This document shows positions 1-9,990 of a DNA stretch of 64,000 bases, in pieces (position 1 is the stretch's first letter; every line of letters begins with the position of its first letter). Source of the stretch: Eubacteriales bacterium. GTDB taxonomy: Bacteria; Bacillota; Clostridia; Oscillospirales; CAG-272. The position numbers and the translations under genes are program-made. The DNA lies in NCBI GenBank assembly GCA_045594305.1, contig JAZNYH010000079.1, positions 171 through 64,170 on the forward strand. Direction: 5' to 3'. Below the pieces are notes generated by a model, which was not told where the DNA came from, did no database searches, and worked only from the letters and a program-made list of their open reading frames with translations.

Positions 1-904
1 GGCTCATTACTATGGATAAAGGTGTAACGTACCCCCGTACTGTATCGGAATTCCCATTAATTACGTGAGATCCGGTGAAGGTTCCGTCTGCAATCAAGGT
101 ATAACGATTTAACATTGAAAAACCGTAGTCGAAAAGCTTTCTGTGATCATCCCAGTCGTCGGGATCGTCAATTGTAACTGCGATCAGGGTGACACCGTCT
201 TTACTGGATGCAGATATAAGACAACGTCCGCATCGTTTTGTGTAGCCTGTCTTTCCGCCAATGCAGTGATCATATGACGTCAGTAATCGGTTGTGATTAA
301 TAAGAAGCCTGCCGTTTGGATCATCAGCATACGGGATTTCGTATTTTTTTGTCGAGACTATCTCGGCAAAACACTTGTTTTGTAATGCATCGGCAAACAG
401 TAAGGCGAGGTCATATGCACATGAATAGTGATCTTCGTTATCAAGTCCGTGCGGATTTGTAAAATGAGTGCTTTTAAGCCCAAGCTCACTTGCTTTTTGG
501 TTCATTAAATCAGCAAATGCCTCAACGCTACCACTAATATGGATTGCAAGAGCAGTAGCAGAATCGTTTGCACTTTCCAAAAGCAGAGCATATAAAAGCT
601 CTCTTACAGTTAACTCCTCACCATCTTTTAGATAGATTGATGAGCCCTCTATTCCAACCGATTCGGGTGTTATTTTTACAACCTCATCGGGCGAGGCGTT
701 TTCGATTGTGACAATAGCAGTCATAATCTTTGTTGTGCTCGCCATAGGAGCAGCAGTGGTTGCATTTTTTGAATATATAACCTCGCCACTCTGAGCCTCA
801 ATTAAAATAGCGTGCTTGGCAGAAACCTCAATGGCGTTAGCATAGATGCTAAAAGAGGCAAAAATCAAAAAAATTGCGCAGAAAAAGAATAATTTTTTTA
901 ACAT
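1..904 (-). CDS. Serine-type D-Ala-D-Ala carboxypeptidase (peptidase S11/PBP5-like); C-terminus runs off window
   Basis: Absent from ORF track (no stop in window). My translation from ATG 904..902 gives signal peptide MLKKLFFFCAIFLIFASF, then SxxK (MASTTK), SxN (ESAND) and KTG (GGKTGYT) motifs. Confidence 0.85.
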   Translation of the reverse strand, partial: MLKKLFFFCAIFLIFASFSIYANAIEVSAKHAILIEAQSGEVIYSKNATTAAPMASTTKIMTAIVTIENASPDEVVKITPESVGIEGSSIYLKDGEELTVRELLYALLLESANDSATALAIHISGSVEAFADLMNQKASELGLKSTHFTNPHGLDNEDHYSCAYDLALLFADALQNKCFAEIVSTKKYEIPYADDPNGRLLINHNRLLTSYDHCIGGKTGYTKRCGRCLISASSKDGVTLIAVTIDDPDDWDDHRKLFDYGFSMLNRYTLIADGTFTGSHVINGNSDTVRGYVTPLSIVMS

Positions 905-963
905 ATATACACCAAAGTCCTTTTAAAGCTTTGAGTATATTATGCACAAAAAATCAAATGCTA

Positions 964-1371
964 TTAATCGATATCCTTATCGTCCTTTTTTGAAAAAAGC
1001 TTTTTGATTTTTTCGATAAGCTCGGGGGTGTTTTCAACAAAGTCAACAACTCTTGTAACAGGGTCGGTAACAGGTGCGTCAACATTGAGAAGCTCAACCT
1101 TTCCCTTTGGACTGATAACTAAGAAGCCGATAGGAGAAACAGTAACGCCAGTTCCACCGCCACCTCCAAAGTTTTTCTTGTCGGAAACGCTTTTTTTGCC
1201 AAAATAATCAACTCCACCAGACGCTATTCCAACAAAAACCTTTGAAATAGGGATTATAACAGTTCCACTTTCAGTTGTGATAGGAGTTCCTGTTACGGTG
1301 TTAGCATCAACCATGCTTTTGACATTTTCAAGAGCAGTTTGAATAAGCTCACTTTGCTTCGATTGTTCCAT
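964..1371 (-). CDS. ytfJ: GerW/YtfJ-family sporulation protein
   Basis: MEQSKQSELIQTALENVKSMVD...GGGGGTGVTVSPIGFLVI is typical of YtfJ. GGAGG lies 9 nt upstream of ATG 1371, so the ORF-track TTG start at 1380 is unlikely. Confidence 0.8.
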   Translation of the reverse strand: MEQSKQSELIQTALENVKSMVDANTVTGTPITTESGTVIIPISKVFVGIASGGVDYFGKKSVSDKKNFGGGGGTGVTVSPIGFLVISPKGKVELLNVDAPVTDPVTRVVDFVENTPELIEKIKKLFSKKDDKDID

Positions 1372-1996
1372 TATTTTCAACCTCCGTTAATTTTTCTTGT
1401 ATTAGCTTGTACTTAAAGAATGCCTTTAAGCCCTTTATTCCAAGTGGGAAAAGAGAAATCACACGCAAATAGAGCACGCAATTAAGCTCAACCCACGATT
1501 TTTGCGATATAAAATTAGCTCGTATATCTATATCAGAAAAACGAGATTTGTCAACATTTGAAATGTTGTCAAGAAATTCAATAAGATAAGCGACGCTTTG
1601 AATAACAGCACCATAGGCAATAGCAGTTTTTGCGGCGTCCTCACACGCAATTTCAGAGCGTATTTTTACGAAATTAATATGAAGCCTTCCCAAAAAGCTT
1701 GATACAAAATCAGCAACTATGTCCTTCATAGCCCTTATAAGCTTTATTATCTTATCAGGGGAGGCTTTTACGCTCTTTGTGGATTCATCCTTTTTAGGCT
1801 TGTCCACAGCCTTTTTCTTGTGCTTTTCCTTTTTGTCATCCTTGCTTGGATATAGCTTGAACTTGAAAAAGAGAATTTTTAGATATGCACGAAAATCATC
1901 GTCATAGGCAAGCACGAGCTTTATTTTTGTAGCAAGGAAAAGCCCAATAAGCAATACAATTGCTCCGACAATCCAGCACCAAAGCGGTATTTGCAT
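1349..1996 (-). CDS. DUF2953/YtfI-like membrane protein
   Basis: N-terminal TM helix, lysine-rich linker, position directly upstream of ytfJ. AAAGGAG SD precedes ATG 1996. Confidence 0.6.
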   Translation of the reverse strand: MQIPLWCWIVGAIVLLIGLFLATKIKLVLAYDDDFRAYLKILFFKFKLYPSKDDKKEKHKKKAVDKPKKDESTKSVKASPDKIIKLIRAMKDIVADFVSSFLGRLHINFVKIRSEIACEDAAKTAIAYGAVIQSVAYLIEFLDNISNVDKSRFSDIDIRANFISQKSWVELNCVLYLRVISLFPLGIKGLKAFFKYKLIQEKLTEVENNGTIEAK

Positions 1997-2019
1997 ATCT
2001 ATCACTCCTTTAATCAAGA

Positions 2020-2718
2020 TTATTCCTCGTCCGAGTCATCCTCGCTATCATCATAAATAACATCATCAGGGATTTTGAGAGTGTCCTCTGAGGTGTCAGT
2101 AATAGCTCCTTCATCTTCAGCAGAGAAGAATTCAATGTCAAGAGGGATAATTTCACCCTCATTTTCCTTGCGTTGAATTTCAACATATGGAAGCTGTTCA
2201 AGAGATTCAATTCCAAAGCACCTTAAAAAGGTTGCGGTTGTTCTGTAAAGATTAGGTCTACCGGGTACATCAAGTCTACCACAAACCTCAATTAGATTTT
2301 TCTCCAAAAGGCTTCCTACTATGTAAGCACTGTCAACACCTCTTACATCATCAATAAAGGCTCTTGTTGTAGGCTGATTGTACGCAATAATTGCAAGAAC
2401 CTCAAGAGATGAATTGGAAAGGTTTCCGCCCTTTCTAATTCCGAGCGCTGCCTTAATATAAGGCAGAAAATCCTCTCTTGTGCAGAGCTGACAGGAGCTT
2501 TCAAAGGCGAGAAGCATAATTCCACGCCTGTCATTATCATTGTATTTTTCAGCAAAAGCAATAACCTTTTTCTTGATTTGAGCCTCGTAATAGCCAAGCA
2601 CCTCTGCAAGCTTTGCATAGGTTACAGGGTGACCAGCAGCAAACAAGATAGCCTCAATGGCTTTTTCAAGGTTTTTATTGTCAATTTGCTTAATGTTGTC
2701 GTTTTGAATGTTATCCAT
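2020..2718 (-). CDS. scpB: Segregation and condensation protein B
   Basis: LEKAIEAILFAAGHPV...LEVLAIIAYNQPTTRAFIDDVRGVDS; overlaps scpA by 8 nt. Confidence 0.9.
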   Translation of the reverse strand: MDNIQNDNIKQIDNKNLEKAIEAILFAAGHPVTYAKLAEVLGYYEAQIKKKVIAFAEKYNDNDRRGIMLLAFESSCQLCTREDFLPYIKAALGIRKGGNLSNSSLEVLAIIAYNQPTTRAFIDDVRGVDSAYIVGSLLEKNLIEVCGRLDVPGRPNLYRTTATFLRCFGIESLEQLPYVEIQRKENEGEIIPLDIEFFSAEDEGAITDTSEDTLKIPDDVIYDDSEDDSDEE

Positions 2719-3565
2719 TTTCTACCTCTTGTGCGTTTCTTATCTTTCCGGGATAGAGCTTTATATAGATGTTGTTTCCAAGGTCAATAATACCATTTTT
2801 TTGAATTGAATCAACATCCTCAATTATAGATATTCTTCCTGCCTTTAGCATCTCCAAAATAGCCATAAATGTAGCAACCAATACATGCTTTGTAAGTACA
2901 TCCTCAAAGCAGACAAGGGCATTTACATTACCACCATTTTCAAGAAGAAGCCTTAGAACATGGTATACACGCTCGCTTACAGAAACGGTTTTAGTGCTTA
3001 TAAGTGGCTTAATTTTTTCTGACGCAACAGTGGCTTCGTCAGGGGCTTTAAGAGCATTCATTACCTTCATAATGGCAGCAGAGAGAAGACTAACCTCGTG
3101 CTCTGCAACATATGATCTATCGGCAGAGATTTCATCGGTATCCTTTACAATTCTACCACTGAAATTTGTGAACATTGAGCTAAGCTCAAGCGACGCTTCC
3201 TTCGCACGCTCGTATTCCGCTTGAAGCATGAGGGCACGAGCAAGAGCCTCTCTTGGGTCCTCCTCCTCGGGATTTGCCCTTGGTAAAAGGATTTTGCTCT
3301 TTATATGCATAAGGTGAGATGCCATAACGATAAATTCAGCGGCAAGCTCGATATCCATAGCCTCCATTTGCTCAATATATTCCATATATTGGTCACAAAG
3401 GACGGATATTTGAATATCCTTAATATCCATCTTGTTTTTTGTAACAAGAGAGAGGAGAACGGAAAGAGGTCCTCTAAATTCCTCAAGGGTGAATATCAAC
3501 TCATCGGAATTGAGGTCAAGCTCTTGCTCCTCGGTTATAGATGCATCAATTTGATTTTGTTCCAT
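2711..3565 (-). CDS. scpA: Segregation and condensation protein A (kleisin)
   Basis: LEEFRGPLSVLLSLVTKNKMDIKDIQISVLCDQY signature; upstream of scpB. Confidence 0.9.
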   Translation of the reverse strand: MEQNQIDASITEEQELDLNSDELIFTLEEFRGPLSVLLSLVTKNKMDIKDIQISVLCDQYMEYIEQMEAMDIELAAEFIVMASHLMHIKSKILLPRANPEEEDPREALARALMLQAEYERAKEASLELSSMFTNFSGRIVKDTDEISADRSYVAEHEVSLLSAAIMKVMNALKAPDEATVASEKIKPLISTKTVSVSERVYHVLRLLLENGGNVNALVCFEDVLTKHVLVATFMAILEMLKAGRISIIEDVDSIQKNGIIDLGNNIYIKLYPGKIRNAQEVENG

Positions 3566-3572
3566 TTTTACC

Positions 3573-4247
3573 TCAAAAGATAATCGAGAATATAGACATC
3601 ATACCATTAAAAACAAGATTTACGACAAAGGAAAGAGCACCGATAATGGTGCTATTTAAGAACCTTGAATCGATAAAGAGAATAGCAAAAAAGGCGATAG
3701 CAATCTCTCTTTCGTATCTCATAACCTTGAAATACGCCTTGTCAGGTAACAAGGAAAAGAAAATCCTTGATCCGTCAAGAGGTGGTAATGGTATTAGATT
3801 AAAAAGTGCAAGTGAAATGTTAAGCCAAGCGAAATTATATGTGAAAAGAAGCCAAGAATAGCATAGCCAATATGCCATATTTTTGGACTCAAATCCAACA
3901 TCGCTAAGCAAGAATAGTGTCAAGGAATAGATAAAACAGCCTAAAAATCCAAGTATAAGGTTGGACATTGGGCCTGCAAGAGCAGAAAGAGCAATATCTC
4001 TTTTAGGCTTTTTAAAATTCCTTGCGTTTATAGGCACGGGCTTTGCCCAGCCAAATTTGAAAAGAAGCATACAAATAGCGCCTATAATATCAAGATGCTT
4101 TATAGGGTTCAGGGTTAGTCTGCCAAGGTCCTTAGCAGTATTATCACCGAGCCAACACGCAACGAGTCCGTGTGCACACTCGTGAAAAACTAACGCAATT
4201 ATAATTACAGGAACGCTAATTAGTAGCTCAATAATATAATCAATCAT
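3573..4247 (-). CDS. Site-2 protease family (M50) membrane metalloprotease
   Basis: HECAHG (HExxH) in first TM and a later LPPLDG motif. ATG 4247 forms an ATGA overlap with the engB stop; alternative GTG at 4277. Confidence 0.8.
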   Translation of the reverse strand: MIDYIIELLISVPVIIIALVFHECAHGLVACWLGDNTAKDLGRLTLNPIKHLDIIGAICMLLFKFGWAKPVPINARNFKKPKRDIALSALAGPMSNLILGFLGCFIYSLTLFLLSDVGFESKNMAYWLCYSWLLFTYNFAWLNISLALFNLIPLPPLDGSRIFFSLLPDKAYFKVMRYEREIAIAFFAILFIDSRFLNSTIIGALSFVVNLVFNGMMSIFSIIF

Positions 4248-4846
4248 TGCTCTGCAAAGTAGAGAATTTCCTTCCACAAATCATCCTTGCCCTCTTTTGT
4301 TTCAGAGGAGAAGAGTATGATTTTAGTTCCTTCTCTTAAATTAGGGTTTGTTATGAGCGCTTTTACTGATTTTTCACGCTCGGTTTTGTTGAGCTTGTCA
4401 GTTTTAGTAGCGACAATGATATATGGAAGCTCCATTTCATTCATAAATGAAATCATATCAATATCATCTCTTGTGTAGCCTATACGGGAGTCTACAAGCT
4501 GAACTACAAGCTTTAATAGGTCAATATTAGGGTTTTTGGTGAAATATCCGTCAACGAGATTTGACCAGATAAGCTGATCCTGAGCCGTACGCTTGGCATA
4601 TCCATAGCCAGGCAAGTCAACTAAGAATAGCTTTGAATCAATATCGTAGAAGTTTACGGTTATTGTTTTTCCAGGAGCGCTACTTACCCTTGCAAGTCCC
4701 TTCCTATTGAGAAGAGTGTTAATAAGTGAGCTTTTTCCTACATTTGAACGGCCAGAAAAGGCAATTTGAGGAATAGGGTTTCTCAAAAATTGAGAAGGCT
4801 TTCCTGCACTTATTTTCAAGGAAGCGTTATTTACATTTATTTTCAT
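4244..4846 (-). CDS. engB: Ribosome biogenesis GTPase YsxC/EngB
   Basis: GRSNVGKSSLIN (G1), DLPGYGY (G3), TKTDK (G4); directly downstream of lon as in Bacillus. Confidence 0.92.
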   Translation of the reverse strand: MKINVNNASLKISAGKPSQFLRNPIPQIAFSGRSNVGKSSLINTLLNRKGLARVSSAPGKTITVNFYDIDSKLFLVDLPGYGYAKRTAQDQLIWSNLVDGYFTKNPNIDLLKLVVQLVDSRIGYTRDDIDMISFMNEMELPYIIVATKTDKLNKTEREKSVKALITNPNLREGTKIILFSSETKEGKDDLWKEILYFAEQ

Positions 4847-4855
4847 AAGATCACC

Positions 4856-7237
4856 TCAAACTCTTATGGAGGTGTAGGGGCTTGTGGTAGCTGGACAGAT
4901 TGTATCCTCGCTCGAAAAGGCGACCTTGAATACATCATCAATGGTCTTGCAGGGGATAAATGTAACATTATCCTTAACTGCTGAGTCGATTTTAGCAAGG
5001 TCTTTAAGGTTTTTCTCAGGAATAAGAATATTCTTAACACCCGCACTATACGCAGCAATTGTTTTTTCACGCAAGCCACCGATAGGCAATACCTTACCTC
5101 TTAATGAGATTTCACCTGTCATAGCAATATCACGCCTTACGGGGCGAGATGTAAGAACGCTTACAAGAGCAGTAGTCATAGTAACACCTGCACTTGGTCC
5201 GTCCTTAGGAATAGCTCCCTCGGGTGCGTGTATGTGAATATCAGAAGTGGAGTAGAAGTCGGGGCTTATGCCAAGCCTTTCAGCGTTTTCTCTAATATAG
5301 CTTACAGATAGCTCCGCTGACTCCTTCATAACCTCTCCAAGAAGACCAGTTAACTGAATTTTTCCAGTACCCTTCATAACAGATGCCTCAATTTTAAGCA
5401 AATCTCCTCCAATAGAGGTATAAGCCATACCATTAACAACACCGATTTGGTCGGCATCATCAATCATTTCGGGCTCAAACTTAGAAGCACCGAGGTATTT
5501 TTCGAGATTTTTCTCTGTAATACTAACGGATTTTGCGTCCTTTTCGACAATTTCCTTAGCCGCCTTACGGCAAAGAGAAGCGATTTCACGCTCCAAATTA
5601 CGAACACCAGCCTCGGCAGTATATGAGTCTATTAATGCCAAAATAGCATTGTCGGAGATTCTAAAGCTACGCCTTGTAAGACCATGACGCTTTATTTGCT
5701 TTGCTATAAGGTGATTTTTAGCAATATTAAGCTTTTCGGTTCTTGTGTAAGAGGAAAGCTCAATAATTTCCATTCTATCTATAAGTGGCTTTGGAATGGT
5801 GTCAAGAGTATTCGCAGTTGCAATAAACATACAATGCGAAAGGTCGACATCCATCTCGACAAAATGATCACGAAACGCCTTGTTTTGCTCGGAATCAAGA
5901 ACCTCAAGCATAGCAGAGGCAGGATCACCACGAGAGTCGCTTGTCATCTTGTCAATTTCATCAAATACCATCAATGGATTTGAGGTTTTACACTCGATAA
6001 GAGCATTTATAATTCTACCTGGCATAGCACCAATATAGGTTTTTCTGTGACCACGAATATCAGCCTCGTCTCTTACGCCACCAAGTGAAACACGCACATA
6101 CTTACGCTTTAAAGCACGAGCGATTGATGAGCAAAGAGAGGTCTTACCAACACCTGGAGGACCAACAAGGCATATTATTTGGTTTTTAACATCGGGATTT
6201 AACTGCTTAACAGCGATAAATTCAAGGATTCTTTCCTTAATTTCAGCAAGCCCGTAATGGTCATCATCAAGGATTTTTCTTGCTACTGCAACATCAGTAG
6301 TATCCTTTGAATACTTGCCAAAGGGGATTTCAAGGCAGGTTTCTATGTAGCTGCGAAGAACAGTAGCCTCGGGTGTTCCAAAGGGGGCCTTGTTGAACTT
6401 GTAAAGCTCTTTCAAGAGCTTTTCCTCGACAGCCTTAGGAAAGTGCTTTGAAATTATTTCATCATAAAGCTCCTCGCTCTCGCTCGCAGTATCGTTCCCA
6501 AGCTCACCTTGAAGAACCTTTATTTGCTCACGGAGATAGTATTCCTTTTGGCTTTCATCAATTCTTTCCTTTGTCTTTCTTTGAATACCTGCTTCGATTT
6601 TTATAATGCGAGCCTCACGATTAAGAATCTTAACAAGAGCCTCGGCACGCTCGAATACATTAAATTTATCAAGGATCAATTGCTTGTCCTCAAGCCTTAC
6701 AAGAAGATTCGATGCAGTAAAATCGCAAAGAAAATCAAGGTCATCAATTAGCTCTGCCTTTGTAGAAAATTCCTTTGATGGAATAGGGAAGAGCGAAATT
6801 ATTGAATGGATACCAGCCTTTATTCTACGAATAAGAGCCTCATATCTTTCCTCGGATTTGCCTATAATTTCAAGCTCCTTAGCAGTAACCTCGGCAGTGT
6901 AATAGCCGGCTGACATAGAAATAGACTCAGTTTGAGCACGGCTAATTCCCTCGAAAACAGCCTTTAAATTTCCGTCGTTTCCTGCGATTACCTGCTTTAT
7001 TCTTGCAACAACTCCAACACCCTCAAGGTTTGAAATTATTCTTTCCTCTTCATTGTGGTCCTTTTGTGCGACCAAATATACAAATGAGCCAGTTTTTTGT
7101 GCAATCTCAACTGCTGTCTTTGAGAATGGGCGACCAACCTCAATGCTTACAGGCACATTAGGGAAGGCTATAACGCCTCTCATAGGTAAAACAGGCAATG
7201 TATATCTTTCACATATTTCATTGTATGTAATCATCAC
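4856..7237 (-). CDS. lon: ATP-dependent Lon protease (LonA)
   Basis: LON N-domain, Walker A GPPGVGKTS, protease PKDGPSAG catalytic Ser motif; 793 aa. Confidence 0.97.
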   Translation of the reverse strand: MMITYNEICERYTLPVLPMRGVIAFPNVPVSIEVGRPFSKTAVEIAQKTGSFVYLVAQKDHNEEERIISNLEGVGVVARIKQVIAGNDGNLKAVFEGISRAQTESISMSAGYYTAEVTAKELEIIGKSEERYEALIRRIKAGIHSIISLFPIPSKEFSTKAELIDDLDFLCDFTASNLLVRLEDKQLILDKFNVFERAEALVKILNREARIIKIEAGIQRKTKERIDESQKEYYLREQIKVLQGELGNDTASESEELYDEIISKHFPKAVEEKLLKELYKFNKAPFGTPEATVLRSYIETCLEIPFGKYSKDTTDVAVARKILDDDHYGLAEIKERILEFIAVKQLNPDVKNQIICLVGPPGVGKTSLCSSIARALKRKYVRVSLGGVRDEADIRGHRKTYIGAMPGRIINALIECKTSNPLMVFDEIDKMTSDSRGDPASAMLEVLDSEQNKAFRDHFVEMDVDLSHCMFIATANTLDTIPKPLIDRMEIIELSSYTRTEKLNIAKNHLIAKQIKRHGLTRRSFRISDNAILALIDSYTAEAGVRNLEREIASLCRKAAKEIVEKDAKSVSITEKNLEKYLGASKFEPEMIDDADQIGVVNGMAYTSIGGDLLKIEASVMKGTGKIQLTGLLGEVMKESAELSVSYIRENAERLGISPDFYSTSDIHIHAPEGAIPKDGPSAGVTMTTALVSVLTSRPVRRDIAMTGEISLRGKVLPIGGLREKTIAAYSAGVKNILIPEKNLKDLAKIDSAVKDNVTFIPCKTIDDVFKVAFSSEDTICPATTSPYTSIRV

Positions 7238-7443
7238 TAAAATTCCTTTCTAAGGGGTATTATGATATATGGCACGGGCAAAATTCCCGATAAGTACATA
7301 GTATCTTATGATACAGTATAGCACAAACTTGTGGAAAAATCCATAATTATTTATAAAATAATATAAAAATATTAAAAAATATTTGACTTGACAGAGTAGA
7401 TGTAGTAAAATAATTGAAGTAGGTATCAATCAGGAGATGTGAT

Positions 7444-8127
7444 ATGATAGTTTTAGAAAGCAAGGAAAATGAGCGAGCTCTTTTTGAAAATCAGGAAGAG
7501 GCGATAATTCCAATAGAAATCACAGAGCGTGATGGTGAGGTTGAAATAGTCACCCTTGAAAGAACGCTCGATGTTGCAAAAGAGCTTGAAAAGAGATTTT
7601 CTAAAAATTTATTCAGTGATGAGGCGATAGCATTTATACATAACTCCTTAAAGGAAAGAGTTGACGAGTGGGGATACACCGTTGATGATTTGAAGGAGGG
7701 CTACATTTTAACATACATAAATGAAAGCGTAAATGAGGATTTGATTCTACCAAGCACTGTAAGACTAAGCTTTGGCGAGGGCTATGAGAATTTAACCGAT
7801 TATGAGCTTGAGCCTCTTGATGAAAATGGTAAGGAGTGCTACTTTGTCACTATTGATGACGGCAAAATAGTGTCCGTTTGCGAAATGAACACAGATGGCG
7901 TTTTTATTGGAGCTACCGAGATAAATGTCTTCACAAGTGACGGATACAAGAAAAAGTGCTACGGAGCATCTAATGTTAGTGCAATGTGCAAATATCTTTC
8001 CTCGCTTGGAGAAAGGATTGCTTATACTGTGCAGGCAGAGAATGAGGCGTCCATAGCTCTTGCAAGGAAATGTGGATTTAAAAGGATAGCAAAAACCTAT
8101 TACTATATTTGTTATAGAAAAGATTGA
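7444..8127 (+). CDS. GNAT-family N-acetyltransferase with extra N-terminal domain
   Basis: C-terminal ...AYTVQAENEASIALARKCGFKRI is GNAT motif A/B-like; AGGAG SD upstream. Confidence 0.6.
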   Translation: MIVLESKENERALFENQEEAIIPIEITERDGEVEIVTLERTLDVAKELEKRFSKNLFSDEAIAFIHNSLKERVDEWGYTVDDLKEGYILTYINESVNEDLILPSTVRLSFGEGYENLTDYELEPLDENGKECYFVTIDDGKIVSVCEMNTDGVFIGATEINVFTSDGYKKKCYGASNVSAMCKYLSSLGERIAYTVQAENEASIALARKCGFKRIAKTYYYICYRKD

Positions 8128-8137
8128 AGGGAACAAA

Positions 8138-9886
8138 ATGGCATATGACGCAGGTATACTTCGTTGCGTTGTTAATGAGATAAACGCATACGGAGTATGT
8201 AAGGTTGAAAAGGTATATCAGCCTGTAAATGATGAAATAATACTGCTTTTACACGCAGGCAGAGATAGTCTAAGGCTTCTTATAAATGCAGGCTCAAACT
8301 ATCCGAGAATGAATTTTACAGATTCACGCTCTGAAAATCCTGCCAAGGCACCTATGTTTTGTATGCTTTTGAGAAAGCATCTTGGCGGAGCAAGGCTTTT
8401 AGGAGCTACACAGATAGGCTACGAAAGAGTATGCGAGCTTGAATTTGAAGCTTACGATGAGATGGGCTTTAAGTCCAAAAAATATCTAATTTGCGAAATA
8501 ATGGGCAAGTTTAGTAATATAATTCTTGCCGATAATTCAAAGAAAATTATATCAGCGCTTAAAACAATTGATTTTTCCACAAGCACTCAAAGACAAATAT
8601 TGCCAGGAATGCAATATGAGCTACCGCCAAAGCAGGATAAGCTTGACACTCTGACAGTTACTCGTGAAGAACTTCGAGAGCTTTTTGAAAAAATGAGCGA
8701 CGAGATGCGTTGTGATAAGCTTATTACAGGACAATTTCTTGGTATTGCAATGCCCGTTGCAAGGCAGATTACCTATGAATGCACGCAAAGCTTAGATGCA
8801 ACCCTTTCTCAAATGAGCTATCTTGCCTTTGAGGATAAATTTTTTAAGATATTTGATGAGATTAAGGCAGGAAAGAGCGTTGCATATATGACCTGCACCT
8901 CTGACGGAGAGCCAATTGAATACGCATATATTCCTCTTACCTTTTATGGCAGAGAAGCTAAAATTGAAAAATTTGATAGCTTTTCTAAAATGATAGATGC
9001 ATTCTATTCAAAGAAGAGCAGAAATGAAAGAATTCGCCAAAGGTCGAGCGATATATCAAGGCTTCTTACAAATGCTCAAGGCAGAGTGACAAGAAAAATA
9101 GCATTGCAGGCAGAGGAGCTTTCAGCGTGTGATGAGTGCGAAAAATATAAGCTACTTGGCGATCTTATTACATCTAATCTTTATCTCATAAAGCGTGGAC
9201 AGGAAAGAGTATCGGTTGTAAACTACTATGAGGATGAATGTCCTACAATTGAGATTGAGCTTGATACACGACTTTCTCCCTCGCAAAATGCACAAAGATA
9301 CTATAAAAGATACACAAAGGCAAAGAACGCCAAGATTGAGCTTGCTCGACAAATTGAGCTTGCACATGCTGAGCTTGCGTATATTGAAACGGTATTTGAG
9401 GCTCTTGGCAAGGCAGAAACAGAGGCAGACCTTTCCGAGATAAGAGATGAGCTTTACCATAGTGGCTATGCATCAAGAATGAAAAATTATAGTGCTGTAA
9501 AGCAACAGGCTCCAAAGCCACTACGCTTTGTTACAAGTGGCGGATATACAGTTTTGTGTGGTAAGAACAACAAGCAGAACGATTATATAACCACCAAGCT
9601 TGCATCTAAGCTTGATTGGTGGTTTCATGTAAAAAATCTTCCTGGCTCTCATGTTTTGCTCCAATCAAATGGAGAAGAGCCACCCGAGGTTGACTTTACC
9701 GAGGCTGCTGAAATTGCAGCGTTTTATTCAAAGGCAAAGGGCGATAATATTGCGGTTGATTATACACAGGCAAGGAATGTAAAAAAGCCTGCTGGCTCAA
9801 AGCCAGGATATGTAATTTATCATGTGAATTGGACTGCTTATGTCACCCCGAGCGAGAAGAAAATCAATGATATGATGGTAAGATAA
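8138..9886 (+). CDS. rqcH: Ribosome quality control protein RqcH (NFACT/FbpA family)
   Basis: N-terminal MAYDAGILRCVVNEIN...VYQP..DEIILLLH, coiled-coil middle, C-terminal NFACT-R (FHVKNLPGSHVLL). Confidence 0.85.
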   Translation: MAYDAGILRCVVNEINAYGVCKVEKVYQPVNDEIILLLHAGRDSLRLLINAGSNYPRMNFTDSRSENPAKAPMFCMLLRKHLGGARLLGATQIGYERVCELEFEAYDEMGFKSKKYLICEIMGKFSNIILADNSKKIISALKTIDFSTSTQRQILPGMQYELPPKQDKLDTLTVTREELRELFEKMSDEMRCDKLITGQFLGIAMPVARQITYECTQSLDATLSQMSYLAFEDKFFKIFDEIKAGKSVAYMTCTSDGEPIEYAYIPLTFYGREAKIEKFDSFSKMIDAFYSKKSRNERIRQRSSDISRLLTNAQGRVTRKIALQAEELSACDECEKYKLLGDLITSNLYLIKRGQERVSVVNYYEDECPTIEIELDTRLSPSQNAQRYYKRYTKAKNAKIELARQIELAHAELAYIETVFEALGKAETEADLSEIRDELYHSGYASRMKNYSAVKQQAPKPLRFVTSGGYTVLCGKNNKQNDYITTKLASKLDWWFHVKNLPGSHVLLQSNGEEPPEVDFTEAAEIAAFYSKAKGDNIAVDYTQARNVKKPAGSKPGYVIYHVNWTAYVTPSEKKINDMMVR

Positions 9887-9953
9887 ATTGCATAATCAAT
9901 TAATTTTTGAATTTTAAAAATCGAAAATTCTCCAATCAAAGAAACTATAAAAC

Positions 9954-9983
9954 AAAAAAGCGTTGCAGATGCAACGCTTTTCT
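9954..9983. terminator. Bidirectional terminator between rqcH and the SLH gene
   Basis: AAAAGCGTTGC-agat-GCAACGCTTTT. Confidence 0.8.
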
Positions 9984-9990
9984 TATAATA

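Noticed and set aside
7238-7443. Looked for CIRCE or CtsR heat-shock operators upstream of lon.
   Set aside because: I found no TTAGCACTC-N9-GAGTGCTAA sequence and no GGTCAAA direct repeats, only generic AT-rich promoter-like sequence.
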